Shown: positions 1 through 9,675, counted from the stretch's first letter. The stretch is DNA of 64,000 nt from Verrucomicrobiota bacterium (GCA_040766265.1 JAXGQW010000012.1:7901-71900); one strand, 5' to 3'. Notes: a model not told the origin generated them from the sequence alone. Program-made: numbers and translations.

Positions 1-747
1 ATCGCTCGCTATCTCGCGGCGGAGAGCCAGGACGGGAAGAGGTATCGCGTGGTCGATCCGTTGCGTCCGGCGCTCTATCACCCAAGTGACCGCGCGGCGT
101 TCGGTGTGCCGTCGCCGGATGGAGTGGTGTTTCGCGCCGAGAAAAGCGCGAACCGTCCCTCCGATGAACCCCTGGCGGTGTCGTCGCTCATCTCCAATGA
201 CGCCACGAACATCTATCAACTGGCCGACGGCACGTTTGAGATGTGCTCGGTTGCGTTGATACCCGTGCCGAAGAGCGATCCCGCATTCGTCGCGGAGGAT
301 AATGCGCCGGGCTTGCTGCGGGTCATTGACCGCTACACATCGGAAGACGGACTGCGTTTTGAGAACCGCCGACGCGTCATTCAACGCGATGCGAACGACC
401 CGGCTGACCAGCAGTTTTATTACCTGTCGCTCACACACACGCCCAGGGGGCGCGTCGGTCTGCTGGGCCATTACCGGTGTCGGGCGCAGACGATGGATCT
501 GGAGTGGTGTTTCTCGCGCGACGGGGTGGATTGGCGGCGCCCCTGGCGCACGGGCTGGTTGCCGCGCGGTGAGCCGCCTGCGGCGGACTGCTACGGCATT
601 TATGCAGGCAGCCAGCTTGTGGAGCACGACGGGCGTTGGCACCTCTTCTACACAGGCGTGAACAGTAGTCACAACGGCAAGCACGCCTATGGCAAGGCGC
701 GGCAGGTCGTCATGCTCGCCACCACGAACTCGATTTGGGAAGGATAA
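1..747 (+). CDS. beta-propeller glycoside-hydrolase-like protein, C-terminal part (5' end outside window)
   Basis: Frame 1 is open from nt 1, and ORF-track 49..747 is its tail. The C-terminal 'DGRWHLFYTG' and W/D-rich blade-like segments resemble GH32/43/130-type propellers. This rests on motif memory only. Confidence 0.5.
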   Translation: MARYLAAESQDGKRYRVVDPLRPALYHPSDRAAFGVPSPDGVVFRAEKSANRPSDEPLAVSSLISNDATNIYQLADGTFEMCSVALIPVPKSDPAFVAEDNAPGLLRVIDRYTSEDGLRFENRRRVIQRDANDPADQQFYYLSLTHTPRGRVGLLGHYRCRAQTMDLEWCFSRDGVDWRRPWRTGWLPRGEPPAADCYGIYAGSQLVEHDGRWHLFYTGVNSSHNGKHAYGKARQVVMLATTNSIWEG

Positions 748-1088
748 GAACGCGGCCACGGCTGCTCGCTGACGAAGCCCGCCACGTCAGCGCGCACATC
801 GTCCCGTGAAGAAGACACTCACTGCCCGATCGAGCGCCGGGGCGTCGGCGGCCCACAATCTGAAGAAGAGAAGAACCACCAGGCCAATCACGAATGCCAT
901 GATCAGCAGCAGGCCGACGGTCCAGCCTCGACTGGCCCCCGAGGAGTGTCGCCTCTCCTACCCCTTCCGATCACCGGGCGCCGCTGCGAAGTCCCCCGCG
1001 CTTGTGGCCTTGTTCCCCTGCCACCGCTTGGAGTCCAACCTGCGGCGTGCGATCCGCCCGAAACAGCCCCATATGATCCGTGATGGCG

Positions 1089-2432
1089 CTAGGGTGCCTC
1101 ACGCGCACCTGCTACGGCCAGATTCAGTTGGCTCTTGAGAAGGTCGAAGACCTCCTGACACCCGTTGCGGGCCAGGACCAACGCCCGCGACCGCAGGACC
1201 TGCTCGGGCAAGGAATCGCGTCTCAGAAGGGCATCTGGAAGCGCTGTTGTTTCCCGCTTGGCACAGGAATGCGTTTTGACCAGGCGTTTGATCCCACCCC
1301 AGAGAGCGGAGAAGGGATTCGTGTCCTCTGAAACGGGTTCACTGACATCCTCTGATGGCATGACCAGCCTGTTGAGGTCGTTCTCCAGTTCGGTCAGGGT
1401 CCGCTCATCCATGACACCCACCGCCCCGACCATCCGCCGCAGATCTTCGCGTTCCCGTTGGGCCTGCAGCAACCGTAGCTCATCGTCCCGAAGCGCGTAA
1501 CTGGTGAGGGTGATCTCGATGCGGCCCCGGTGCTGGAAACCGCCTCCGTGCGGCTGTTCGGGCGAGGTGCGGAACATCACCTCGATCACCAGTATTGGCA
1601 CCGCGCGTCGAACTCGTTCGCTCGCCAGCCACGAAGACAAAGTGGCGTCCCGGAATTCAGATTCCAGGAGGTCCTGGTTCCTGGCCAGAAGCTCGACCCG
1701 GGAGAGAGCCGTATTGAACGCGTTGACGAGATCCGGTGATCCGGTGGTTCGAAGATGCTTCGCATGGTCTGTCGTGAAAAACGGCCGCAGCCACCGGGCA
1801 TAGGTTCTGAGCGCTTCGACTTCAGAGCGGATGGCGGAGATCAGCAGCGAGCGTCGCATTTGCTGCAGATGATCACGTCTCTCCACCACGCCAGATGGCA
1901 GGGCGGACTCGACCGACACGGCATTTGCAGGTGCCCGGTCATCCTCCATATCACCCACTGTTGCCAGATCCCGCAGAAGGCGAAGCAAGGTCTCGTGGGC
2001 GGCCCGGACCAGGCGGGCAGCGTGCTCCTGCGACTGGATGAGGCTTTCCTCCAGTTGAAGGCCCAGCGCGGAGCCTGACGATGCCGTGATGGCGTCGGAC
2101 ATCTTTTCGAGTTTCCAACCCCTCCCATCGAGGAGTCTCAACAGGGTGAAATAGACGCGCTCTGGCGCCTCTCCTAAAGAATCGACGACGAGTTGGTGCC
2201 GCTCGCACGGGTACTGCTGGGCTGCCAGATCAAACAAACTGGCTCCGGAAAACCGTTCCGCCTCCCCCACGTTACACTCCTTCAATTGGACGGCTGTCAC
2301 GGCCCGCGCGTAAGCGCCGCTCAGGTCGGCCTGGCCCACCTCCAGGAGCCTGCGCACTTCCCGCCGGGAGGATGGTTCGCAGTAGATGTCCGGATTGATT
2401 AGCGCAATGAGTTGGTGAATGTCAGCGGTCAT
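1089..2432 (-). CDS. hypothetical protein (447 aa), no family recognised
   Basis: From ORF-track 1089..2810. I moved the start to the ATG at 2432 because GGAGGA (rc of 2436-2442) lies just upstream. The protein is Arg/Leu/Glu-rich and probably largely helical. Confidence 0.65.
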   Translation of the reverse strand: MTADIHQLIALINPDIYCEPSSRREVRRLLEVGQADLSGAYARAVTAVQLKECNVGEAERFSGASLFDLAAQQYPCERHQLVVDSLGEAPERVYFTLLRLLDGRGWKLEKMSDAITASSGSALGLQLEESLIQSQEHAARLVRAAHETLLRLLRDLATVGDMEDDRAPANAVSVESALPSGVVERRDHLQQMRRSLLISAIRSEVEALRTYARWLRPFFTTDHAKHLRTTGSPDLVNAFNTALSRVELLARNQDLLESEFRDATLSSWLASERVRRAVPILVIEVMFRTSPEQPHGGGFQHRGRIEITLTSYALRDDELRLLQAQREREDLRRMVGAVGVMDERTLTELENDLNRLVMPSEDVSEPVSEDTNPFSALWGGIKRLVKTHSCAKRETTALPDALLRRDSLPEQVLRSRALVLARNGCQEVFDLLKSQLNLAVAGAREAP

Positions 2433-3036
2433 GGCTTCCTCCTTTCCAATCATAGCTGGGGCGATATATAAACCTTTGCCAAGAAGGGCGATCCGTGCAT
2501 GCGGTCTGCTGGGCGTTCTTGGTGGCGGCAGCGCAACACGTGGAGATGCGACGCCTTGAAAAAGCCGGAGATTTGGCGTTGTGAGGGTTGTGCCGCACAA
2601 ACAACCCCGCGCAAAAAACACACTGGTGGGGGTGATCCGCGAGGGGGGGTGGCGCCGCGCAGACGCGATCTCACCCTCATCAAATACCTGGCGCAGCGCC
2701 CGTTCAGAAAGTGCGTCACGGCGCGGCCAGGGATCGGTCAGTGTTGGCAACTCGGTCTCCCGACGAGAATTCGTTGTTTTCTGCTGAGACCCGCAGCCGA
2801 AGCTACGCATGTTGTCCTGCCGTCATAGATTTGCGTGTGGTGCTTAGGGTCTGAAGATCGCCGTTGCCGCCTCTTGCGGCGATGGTAGGCTCGCGGCCTT
2901 TCATGCATGATCGAGCTTCAACGGATGCCGGACGCCTCGAGGATCGCGGGCGGGCGTCGGGCCGAGATTCAGTTTGCCCGGCCAGAGGGAATCGAGCCGG
3001 GCTCGGGCTGTTTGATCGGGATGGAGGGAGTCGGCC

Positions 3037-4770
3037 ATGATCGTGCTCGGTCTGGGAGGGATGGTCGGACACGACCCTGCGGCGGCGCTGGTGGCGGACG
3101 GGCGTGTGGTTGCGGCGGCGGAGGAGGAGCGTTTCCTGCGGGAGAAGCATGCCAAGGGCAAGCAGGCCGAGCATGCGGCGGCGTTCTGCCTGGGATTTGC
3201 GGGGGTGAAAGCGTCGGATGTGCAGGTGGTGGCCATTCCGTTCGCCCCGGTCAGTCTCATGAGCCCCGCCCGCTGGCACTATGCGGTCCGGCACTGGTAC
3301 GCGCCGGATCGGGCGTTCACGGCGCTGTTCAACGGCAACCGGCGCTTTCGGCGCAATGCGCGCCAGGTCTTCGCCGCCCTCGAACGTTTGGGCATTGACC
3401 GGCGCCGCGTCCGGTTCGTGCCTGTCGAGCATCATTTGGCGCACGCCTCGAGCGCGTATCATGTTTCCGGATACGCCGACGCTGCCATTATGAGTGTGGA
3501 CGGAGTGGGCGAGTACTGCACGACGTGGTTCGGGCACGGATCGGGCGGTGAGATCGCCTGTCTCAAGGAGTTTTATGCGCCCGACTCGCTGGGCGGGTGC
3601 TATGGCGCCGTGACGGAGTATCTCGGCTTTGAAATGCTCGATGGCGAGTTCAAGGTGATGGGCATGGCGCCCTACGGCGATCCAGACCGGGCGGATGTGT
3701 CCGGGCTGATCGAGTGGAGCGAGCGGGGCTTCCGGGTCAACACGCGGCTGGTCAATTGCATTGGACTGCGCCGCTACAAACGCGCGGCCCCGGGCGAGGC
3801 GCAGGGCATCGGAACCTACTTCTCGCCCAAGCTGGTCAAGATGTGGGGGCCGCCGCGTGTCGGGGATGAGATTGACCATCCTTACGTGCACATTGCCGCG
3901 GCGGTCCAGCGCCAGCTCGAGCAGATTCTCCTGGCCCTGACGCGGCATTATCTGGGCGGGCACATCGCGCGCACGCGCCGCCTCTGTTACGCCGGCGGCG
4001 TGGCGCTCAACGTGAAAGCCAATCAGCGCCTCATTCAGGCCTTCGCGCCCGACTGCGAGATCTTTGTGCAGCCCGCGGCCAGCGACGCGGGCACGGCGCT
4101 CGGCGCGGCCACGTATGCCGCCCATCGGCTTGGCGACACGATTCAGCCCATGACGCACGCGTATCTCGGGCCGGAGTATTCGGCGGCCGAGATCGAGGAG
4201 GCGCTGTGCAAACGCGGCTGCCGCTATGAGAGGTGCGCGTCGATCACCGACAGGGCGAGCGACCTGCTCGCCAAAGGCCAGGTGGTGGCGTGGTGCCAGG
4301 GCCGCATGGAGTGGGGTCCGCGCGCCCTCGGAAATCGCAGCATCCTGGGCAACCCCGCGGTTCCCGGCGTTGCGGACACCATCAACGCGCAGATCAAGTA
4401 TCGCGAGCGTTGGCGTCCATTCTGTCCGTCTCTGCTCGACTCTGTGGCGCCGGAGATCCTGCAGAGCAGCCACCCGTCTCCCTACATGACGTTCACGTTC
4501 GACGTTGCGCCGGCCTGGCGGACGCGGATTCCGGAAGTGGTGCATGAGGATGGCACGGCGCGCCCGCAGATCGTCACGGCGGAGAGCAACCCGCGCTACC
4601 ACGAGCTTCTGAGGAAATTCGAGGCGAAGACCGGGATCGGGGTGCTGCTGAACACCTCGTTGAATCGCCGCGGCGAGCCGATGGTCTGCTCCCCGGACGA
4701 CGCCCTGAACATGTTCTTCGGGAGCGACCTGCGGAATTTGGCGATCGGGGATTTTCTGATTGCGAAGTGA
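3037..4770 (+). CDS. carbamoyltransferase (NodU/CmcH/TobZ family)
   Basis: 577 aa. The N-terminus 'GLGGMVGHDPAAALVADGRVVAAAEEERF', the length and the overall pattern are typical of this family. Confidence 0.9.
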   Translation: MIVLGLGGMVGHDPAAALVADGRVVAAAEEERFLREKHAKGKQAEHAAAFCLGFAGVKASDVQVVAIPFAPVSLMSPARWHYAVRHWYAPDRAFTALFNGNRRFRRNARQVFAALERLGIDRRRVRFVPVEHHLAHASSAYHVSGYADAAIMSVDGVGEYCTTWFGHGSGGEIACLKEFYAPDSLGGCYGAVTEYLGFEMLDGEFKVMGMAPYGDPDRADVSGLIEWSERGFRVNTRLVNCIGLRRYKRAAPGEAQGIGTYFSPKLVKMWGPPRVGDEIDHPYVHIAAAVQRQLEQILLALTRHYLGGHIARTRRLCYAGGVALNVKANQRLIQAFAPDCEIFVQPAASDAGTALGAATYAAHRLGDTIQPMTHAYLGPEYSAAEIEEALCKRGCRYERCASITDRASDLLAKGQVVAWCQGRMEWGPRALGNRSILGNPAVPGVADTINAQIKYRERWRPFCPSLLDSVAPEILQSSHPSPYMTFTFDVAPAWRTRIPEVVHEDGTARPQIVTAESNPRYHELLRKFEAKTGIGVLLNTSLNRRGEPMVCSPDDALNMFFGSDLRNLAIGDFLIAK

Positions 4771-4851
4771 GGGCGGGGTCGAAAGCCCCGGAGCCGGAGC
4801 GCCGACGTCCTCTCTTTGACAGTCGTTTGAGGATGCGGTATCGGTGCGGGG

Positions 4852-5634
4852 GTGAACACAGGGAGAATGGGCTCGATGCGGCAAGGCCTTTGGCTGAACG
4901 GCCTCGGACGCTTTCTTGCAGCCGCGGCCGCGCTTCTGTATCCGGAGCGTTGTCGGATCTGTGATGTCGAGAGGGCCACGGTCGCCGAGGGCTATGTCTG
5001 TGCACGGTGCCGTTCAGGACGCGATGGCGTGCGTTGGATTCGGCGGCCGTTTTGCGAGCGGTGCGGGCTCCCGTTTGATGGGGCGTTAACGACGCGGTTC
5101 GAATGCGCCAACTGTCGCGGTCTGGGCCTGCATTTCTCGAAGGCCCGGGCGGCGGTCCTGGCGACGGGGGTTGTGCGGGATGCGATTCACCGCTACAAGT
5201 ATTACCGTGCGCTCTGGCACGAGCCTTTCCTCGCCCGTCTGCTCACGGACCAGGCGGTTCCGGAGCTTCTTTGCGAGCGTTGGGACTGGCTGGTGCCGAT
5301 TCCGCTTCACCCCGTGCGCGAGCGGGAGCGCGAGTTCAACCAGGCGCAGCGGCTGGCGAAACGCCTCAGCGCGGCGTGCGGGATTCCGTTGAACGTTCGG
5401 ATGCTTCGCCGGGTCGAACCAACCAAGACGCAAACCCGGTTGACCCGACGCGAGCGGGCGGCGAACATGCGTCGGGCTTTCGCGTTGAGGGCGGGGGTGT
5501 CGGTGTGCGGACAGCGGATTGTGCTGATTGATGACGTGCTTACAACCGGCGCCACGGCGAGCGCCTGCGCTCAGGTCCTTCGGGCCGGGGGGGCGGGCGA
5601 CGTATGCGTATGGACGGTGGCGCGCGGCGTCTGA
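4852..5634 (+). CDS. ComF family protein (amidophosphoribosyltransferase-like)
   Basis: N-terminal Cys pairs (CRICD..CARC, CERCG..CANC) and the C-terminal PRT motif 'VLIDDVLTTGATA'. GTG start at 4852, with in-frame ATG alternatives at 4867 and 4876. Confidence 0.85.
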   Translation: MNTGRMGSMRQGLWLNGLGRFLAAAAALLYPERCRICDVERATVAEGYVCARCRSGRDGVRWIRRPFCERCGLPFDGALTTRFECANCRGLGLHFSKARAAVLATGVVRDAIHRYKYYRALWHEPFLARLLTDQAVPELLCERWDWLVPIPLHPVREREREFNQAQRLAKRLSAACGIPLNVRMLRRVEPTKTQTRLTRRERAANMRRAFALRAGVSVCGQRIVLIDDVLTTGATASACAQVLRAGGAGDVCVWTVARGV

Positions 5635-5651
5635 ATGTTCCTGATGCTTCT

Positions 5652-6599
5652 ATGGCGACATCATTTATCCCCAAGCGATCGATCGGGCTCGAAGGCAAGG
5701 AACCGGCGCCGCCCCCTGAGCCCAAGAGCGCGGCCGGTTTCATCAAGAAACCCAAACTCGGGTCCGGGCGTGCACGCAAGAGGGAGATCCCGGAAGGACT
5801 GTGGACCAAGTGCCCCAAGTGTTCCACGATGATCTATGACAAGGAGCTGGACGACAACCTCAAGGTCTGTCCCCGGTGCTCCCACCACTTCCCGATCGGG
5901 GCCCGGGAACGCATCCATGCCCTTGTCGAGACCTGTTCGTTCGAGGAAATGGATCCCCAGTTGATCAGCGTCGATATCCTCGGGTTCACCGGCGTGGCGG
6001 CTTATGCGGACAAACTCGAGAGTTATCAGAGAAGCACCGGGCTGAAGGACGCCGTGGTGACGGGCATCGGCCGGATCGGCCCCTACCGTGTTGGGCTGGG
6101 CGTGATGGATTTCTCGTTTCTGGGCGGATCAATGGGATCGGTGGTCGGCGAGAAACTGACCCATCTGATCGAATCCGCCACCGACAAGGGGCTCGGCCTG
6201 GTGATCGTTTCGACCAGCGGCGGCGCGCGGATGTACGAAGGGATGTTCAGCCTCATGCAGATGGCCAAGACCGCGGCCGCGCTGGCCTACCATGCCCAAA
6301 GCCGCCTGCCCTACATCAGCGTCCTGACTCACCCCACGACGGCCGGAGTCATGGCCAGCTTCGCCACCCTGGGGGATCTCATCATTGCCGAGCCGGGCGC
6401 CATGATCGGCTTCGCCGGTCCGCGGGTGATCAAGGACACCACGCAGGCCGAACTCCCGCCGGGATTTCAGACGGCGGAGTTCCTTCAGGAACGCGGCTTG
6501 ATCGATTCGATCGTCTCGCGCAAGGAGATGAAGGAACGGCTGATTCAGTACCTCGGCTTTCTGCTGCACAGCCAGCGCCACGGGATCGCGGCGTCGTGA
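5652..6599 (+). CDS. accD: acetyl-CoA carboxylase carboxyltransferase subunit beta
   Basis: Zn-ribbon 'CPKCSTMIYDKELDDNLKVCPRCSHH' followed by a carboxyltransferase domain. I set the start to ATG 5652 (MATSF); the ORF-track start at 5604 would overlap the upstream gene. Confidence 0.92.
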   Translation: MATSFIPKRSIGLEGKEPAPPPEPKSAAGFIKKPKLGSGRARKREIPEGLWTKCPKCSTMIYDKELDDNLKVCPRCSHHFPIGARERIHALVETCSFEEMDPQLISVDILGFTGVAAYADKLESYQRSTGLKDAVVTGIGRIGPYRVGLGVMDFSFLGGSMGSVVGEKLTHLIESATDKGLGLVIVSTSGGARMYEGMFSLMQMAKTAAALAYHAQSRLPYISVLTHPTTAGVMASFATLGDLIIAEPGAMIGFAGPRVIKDTTQAELPPGFQTAEFLQERGLIDSIVSRKEMKERLIQYLGFLLHSQRHGIAAS

Positions 6600-7061
6600 A
6601 AGCCTCTTCTCGCCTGCCCTCCGCCCATCTCGCACCCTGTTTGCGCGCGCGGCGATCGGGCGCCGCACGATGACCTCATCTCTGCATCCGGTGAGCGTAA
6701 ATGGAGCCAAACTCGATGCAGTGGTGGAGACTTTTTCTCTTTTTTTGCTTGAGAGATCGGCTTGGTTGGGCGATAAGAAGCCGCGTCAGGCGGTTGTGTG
6801 AAGTGACCGCGGATCTTTGGCAAACCATGAATTCGACACTGGCTTTACCCTGCCACTGCTCGTGATTAGAAACTAAGTCCTTGAACCGTAGTCTGACCTA
6901 GACACGGAATCCGGATGCCGCACGGTTGCCGACAGGCCTTGACTGGAAGTCGAAGACCGCGGCGAGGGTTCCACCTGTTTCTTACAAGTTCAAAGGAACT
7001 GTTGCACACGGCATTGTGGCGGGGTTCTTTTTTTTACACCCGCCGACCGGTCGCGCGGCCC

Positions 7062-7880
7062 TCAATCTTCGAGTCCGGGTTGCAGCGTGGCCGGGTGCAG
7101 CATCGAGGGCCGGGAGGAGGTCCATCGGGATGCCCGGTCGTAGAAGAAGGGTTCACCGACCAGCGTGACACCATCGGCATACTTGGCCGCCGCGCCGCGC
7201 ATGAGATCGAACGTCTCGACCAGTTCGCGGAACCAATTCGGAAAGCGGTCGGTGAACTTCAGTTCGAGAATCACCTTTTCGCCGAACGGCTTCACTGGAT
7301 TGCGCAGGTGGGTGCTCATTTGGGCGCTGAACTCAGGCGAACAATAGACGTCCCGGTCCATGGTCACGCGGATCGAGTTGCCGTGCGTGCTCATCCAGGC
7401 CTCGCGGGAGTAGGTGACGTGCATTATTGGGCCTGCCCGGATGCCGAGCATCAGGTAGCTGAACCTCTGGAGCGCGACCAGTTCCTTGGGATTCTCCGAC
7501 AGCAGGTGGCGGGGTTCGGGCAAATGACCTGCGAGGAGCCAATCCACGGCGTTGCGGTGCACACCGCCGCGCTGTTTGGAAATGGCGTCGTTCATCCGCC
7601 TCTTGATTTCGAAGAAGACGGGCGAGGAGGGTTGGTCGTCGTAGTACCGCAATCGCAGCTTGTAGCGGTTTTTCAACCCATTGATCGTGTCCCAGTAGGT
7701 CTTGAGCCAATCCGAGTCGAGGTAGAGGCTGTGAATGCGGTACGAGTAATCCGGTTGGTCCTGGGAGTACTCGTCCAAGTCCAGATAGGAGCGGACGTAA
7801 TCCCGGATCGCGAGGGCCTTGTGCTCGCTGATGATGTACTTCAATTCCAGCCGTTGCTGTTGCAGCCGGTCTTGTTTCAT
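7062..7880 (-). CDS. VTC (polyphosphate polymerase, CYTH-like) domain-containing protein
   Basis: 272 aa. 'ELKYIISEHKA', 'YRIHSLYLDS', 'YKLRLRYYDD', 'FFEIKRR' and 'VILELKF' match bacterial VTC-domain proteins. Confidence 0.8.
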   Translation of the reverse strand: MKQDRLQQQRLELKYIISEHKALAIRDYVRSYLDLDEYSQDQPDYSYRIHSLYLDSDWLKTYWDTINGLKNRYKLRLRYYDDQPSSPVFFEIKRRMNDAISKQRGGVHRNAVDWLLAGHLPEPRHLLSENPKELVALQRFSYLMLGIRAGPIMHVTYSREAWMSTHGNSIRVTMDRDVYCSPEFSAQMSTHLRNPVKPFGEKVILELKFTDRFPNWFRELVETFDLMRGAAAKYADGVTLVGEPFFYDRASRWTSSRPSMLHPATLQPGLED

Positions 7881-8071
7881 GGCTGGCCTCCGCGGCGATC
7901 GAAACTCACCGCGATCGGATCACCTCGTTCTCGGCTCCGCTGGTTACTCTCGTCGACCATTTTACCCACCACGATCCGCGGACGGAGCGCAGCCGTCTGG
8001 CCTTCGCGGCTGTTCACCCGCATCCGGATTCCCAACGCTCTGAGGGGCTCCTCGCCTTGCGACACCGTCAT
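7877..8071 (-). CDS. possible small protein (64 aa) translationally coupled to the VTC gene
   Basis: Its TGA overlaps the VTC ATG (ATGA at 7880-7877). About 70% of third codon positions are G/C by hand count. No family recognised, so it may be spurious. Confidence 0.25.
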   Translation of the reverse strand: MTVSQGEEPLRALGIRMRVNSREGQTAALRPRIVVGKMVDESNQRSRERGDPIAVSFDRRGGQP

Positions 8072-8241
8072 GCGCCATCCCGTTAATAACAGCAGGTTTG
8101 GTACCAAAAAAACCGCCTCGGACACCCTCGACCGCGCCGCAGGCGACCGCACGGGCGGGCGATGACACTCGGTGGTTGGCGGCGCAACGCGTCTCTGCCG
8201 GCGCTGGTGTGAGGTGACTGCTGGCCCGGGGCCGCGCATTC

Positions 8242-8314
8242 CCAACCCGCACAGCAGACATGTTGCGCAATCTGACCGCCCTGTGCACTGACGGGGTGTG
8301 AAACATGCGGCTTA
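8242..8314. repeat. 74-nt CTAG-element, degenerate copy A1, split at its 3' TA by the IS630 insertion (last G at 9439)
   Basis: 'ccaacccgcac...ccctgtgcactgacggggtgtgaaacatgcggctta' aligns with the copies at 9602 and 44215. Confidence 0.8.
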
Positions 8315-8360
8315 TTCGATTTCGCTTTCAAGTTGAGACTAAGTATGCGATCATGGGCAC

Positions 8361-9433
8361 ATGGCAAGACCACGAAGAACGGATTTGTCTTTGGTCGTCA
8401 AGGCCCAGGCTGCCGCGGCCCAAGCCCAGGACCTGCAGGAGTTGCGCATGGCGCAGGCGGTGCTTCTGCCAGCGATCGCCAAGCTGACGCTGGAGCAAAC
8501 GGCAACGGCTTTGGGGGTCGGACGGGCGACCGTCGCCCGTTTGCAGACGCGCTTCCGGCGCAGCAGCAACAACATCCTCCCAACCCGCTCTGCCTGGGGG
8601 GGGCGACGCCGAGCTCTCCTGAGCCGGGAGCAAGAGGAGGCGTTTATGGCCACCTGGAAATCGCAGGCAGAGGCCGGCGAGTTGGTGGTGCTCACGCCCC
8701 TGCGGGCGGCGTTGGACCGGCAACTGGGCCGGCGGGTGAAGCCCTCGGTGGTGTATCGCTTGGTCCAACGGCACCGTTGGCGCAAAGTGGCTCCCGACAC
8801 GCGCCATCCGAAGGCCGATCCCGCAGTGCAGGCCCAATGGAAAAAAAAACGCTGCCCGAGAAGTTGGCGACCGTGCTGACGCCCGAAGCCGTGCAGGACC
8901 GCTGCATTCGCCTGATGTTTCAGGACGAGGCCCGTTTTGGGCGGATGGCCCGGATTCGCCGTTGTTGGGCGCCGGCACCGTTGCGTCCGACGGTGCGCAA
9001 TGGCTACGAGCGGGAATTCACTTACGTCTATGGCGCGGTCAGTCCCCGGGAAGGACACTTGGACTGGAGCCTGAGCGCGAAGATGAACACCGCCCAGATG
9101 AACGGTTTCTTGCTTCAGGTCAGTCAAGCGCATCGACAGGAATTCATTGTCATGGTTGTGGACGGAGCCAGTTCGCACAAGAGCAAGGACCTGGTGGTGC
9201 CGGAAAACGTTCGGTTGATTCCGCTTCCGGGGTACTCTCCGGAACTCAATCCCGAGGAACACATTTGGGATGAGGTGCGGGAGAAGGCCTTTCCGAACCT
9301 GGTGCTCGAGCGGATGGAGTTGGTGGTGGAGCGCCTCAAGCAGGAACTGAGCACGCTGGCAGCGGAGCCTGATCGGGTGCGGAGCATAACAGCCTGGCCT
9401 TGGATTGTTAGTCTCAACTTGAAAGCGAATTAG
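8361..9433 (+). CDS. IS630-family transposase, OrfAB produced by -1 programmed frameshift
   Basis: OrfA (8361..8879) has an HTH N-terminus. The downstream frame carries 'MFQDEARFG', 'VVDGASSHKS' and 'SPELNPEEHIWDEV', consistent with a DDE triad. The two frames are joined by a -1 shift on the A9 run. Confidence 0.85.
8841..8849 (+). promoter_or_regulatory. A9 slippery run, putative -1 frameshift site of the transposase
   Basis: 'caatgg aaaaaaaaa cgc'. The upstream frame stops 30 nt later at 8879. The -1 frame continues as KTLPEKLATV... into the DDE domain. Confidence 0.7.
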
Positions 9434-9438
9434 AATTA

Positions 9439-9481
9439 GCCCGGACATTTCACAAAGCTTCGCGGAGTTTCATATCCGGGC
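9439..9481. repeat. 43-nt hairpin module F1 (GCCCGGA...TCCGGGC)
   Basis: Homologous to 15595-15637 (inverted), with the same position and ends as 39199-39242. Confidence 0.75.
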
Positions 9482-9485
9482 TGTG

Positions 9486-9597
9486 GCAAAACCGCGCCCG
9501 GAAAGGGAACCGGAAGCATTCCGTCGCTCCTGAGAGTGGTCTGCCATGGGAACAGTGTGTTGCAGTTCTCTAACTCTCGGACCTGGCGCGGTTTTGC
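9486..9597. repeat. 112-nt module B1 bounded by the 13-bp inverted repeat GCAAAACCGCGCC/GGCGCGGTTTTGC
   Basis: Same arms and same 112-nt length at 15479-15590 (inverted) and 39247-39358. Confidence 0.85.
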
Positions 9598-9601
9598 TTG
9601 T

Positions 9602-9675
9602 CTAACCCGCATGGGAGTCTTCTTGGGAAGTCTGAGTGCCCTGTGCACTATCGCGGTGTGAAACATGCGGGTTAG
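9602..9675. repeat. 74-nt CTAG-element A2
   Basis: CTAACCCGCAT...ATGCGGGTTAG. The right arm contains the TAA stop (9672-9674) of the epimerase gene. Confidence 0.9.

Larger units (their letters stand above)
8315..9436 (+). mobile_element. IS630-family insertion sequence
   Basis: Perfect 22-bp inverted repeats 'ttcgctttcaagttgagactaa' at 8321-8342 and, reverse-complemented, at 9408-9429. TA is present on both sides (8313-8314 and 9437-9438). It carries a DDE transposase gene. The outermost 6-7 nt do not match between ends, so the exact termini are uncertain. Confidence 0.9.

Noticed and set aside
2803-4884. 693-aa ORF
   Set aside because: It is antisense to the well-supported carbamoyltransferase gene, Arg/Ala/Pro-rich, and a typical high-GC shadow ORF.
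6650-6667. Rho-independent terminator after accD (GCGGCG-ATCGGG-CGCCGC)
   Set aside because: It is a 6-bp GC stem with no following T-tract, which is not enough for a terminator call.
6915-8165. 416-aa plus-strand ORF
   Set aside because: It is antisense to the VTC-domain gene, which has clear family motifs.
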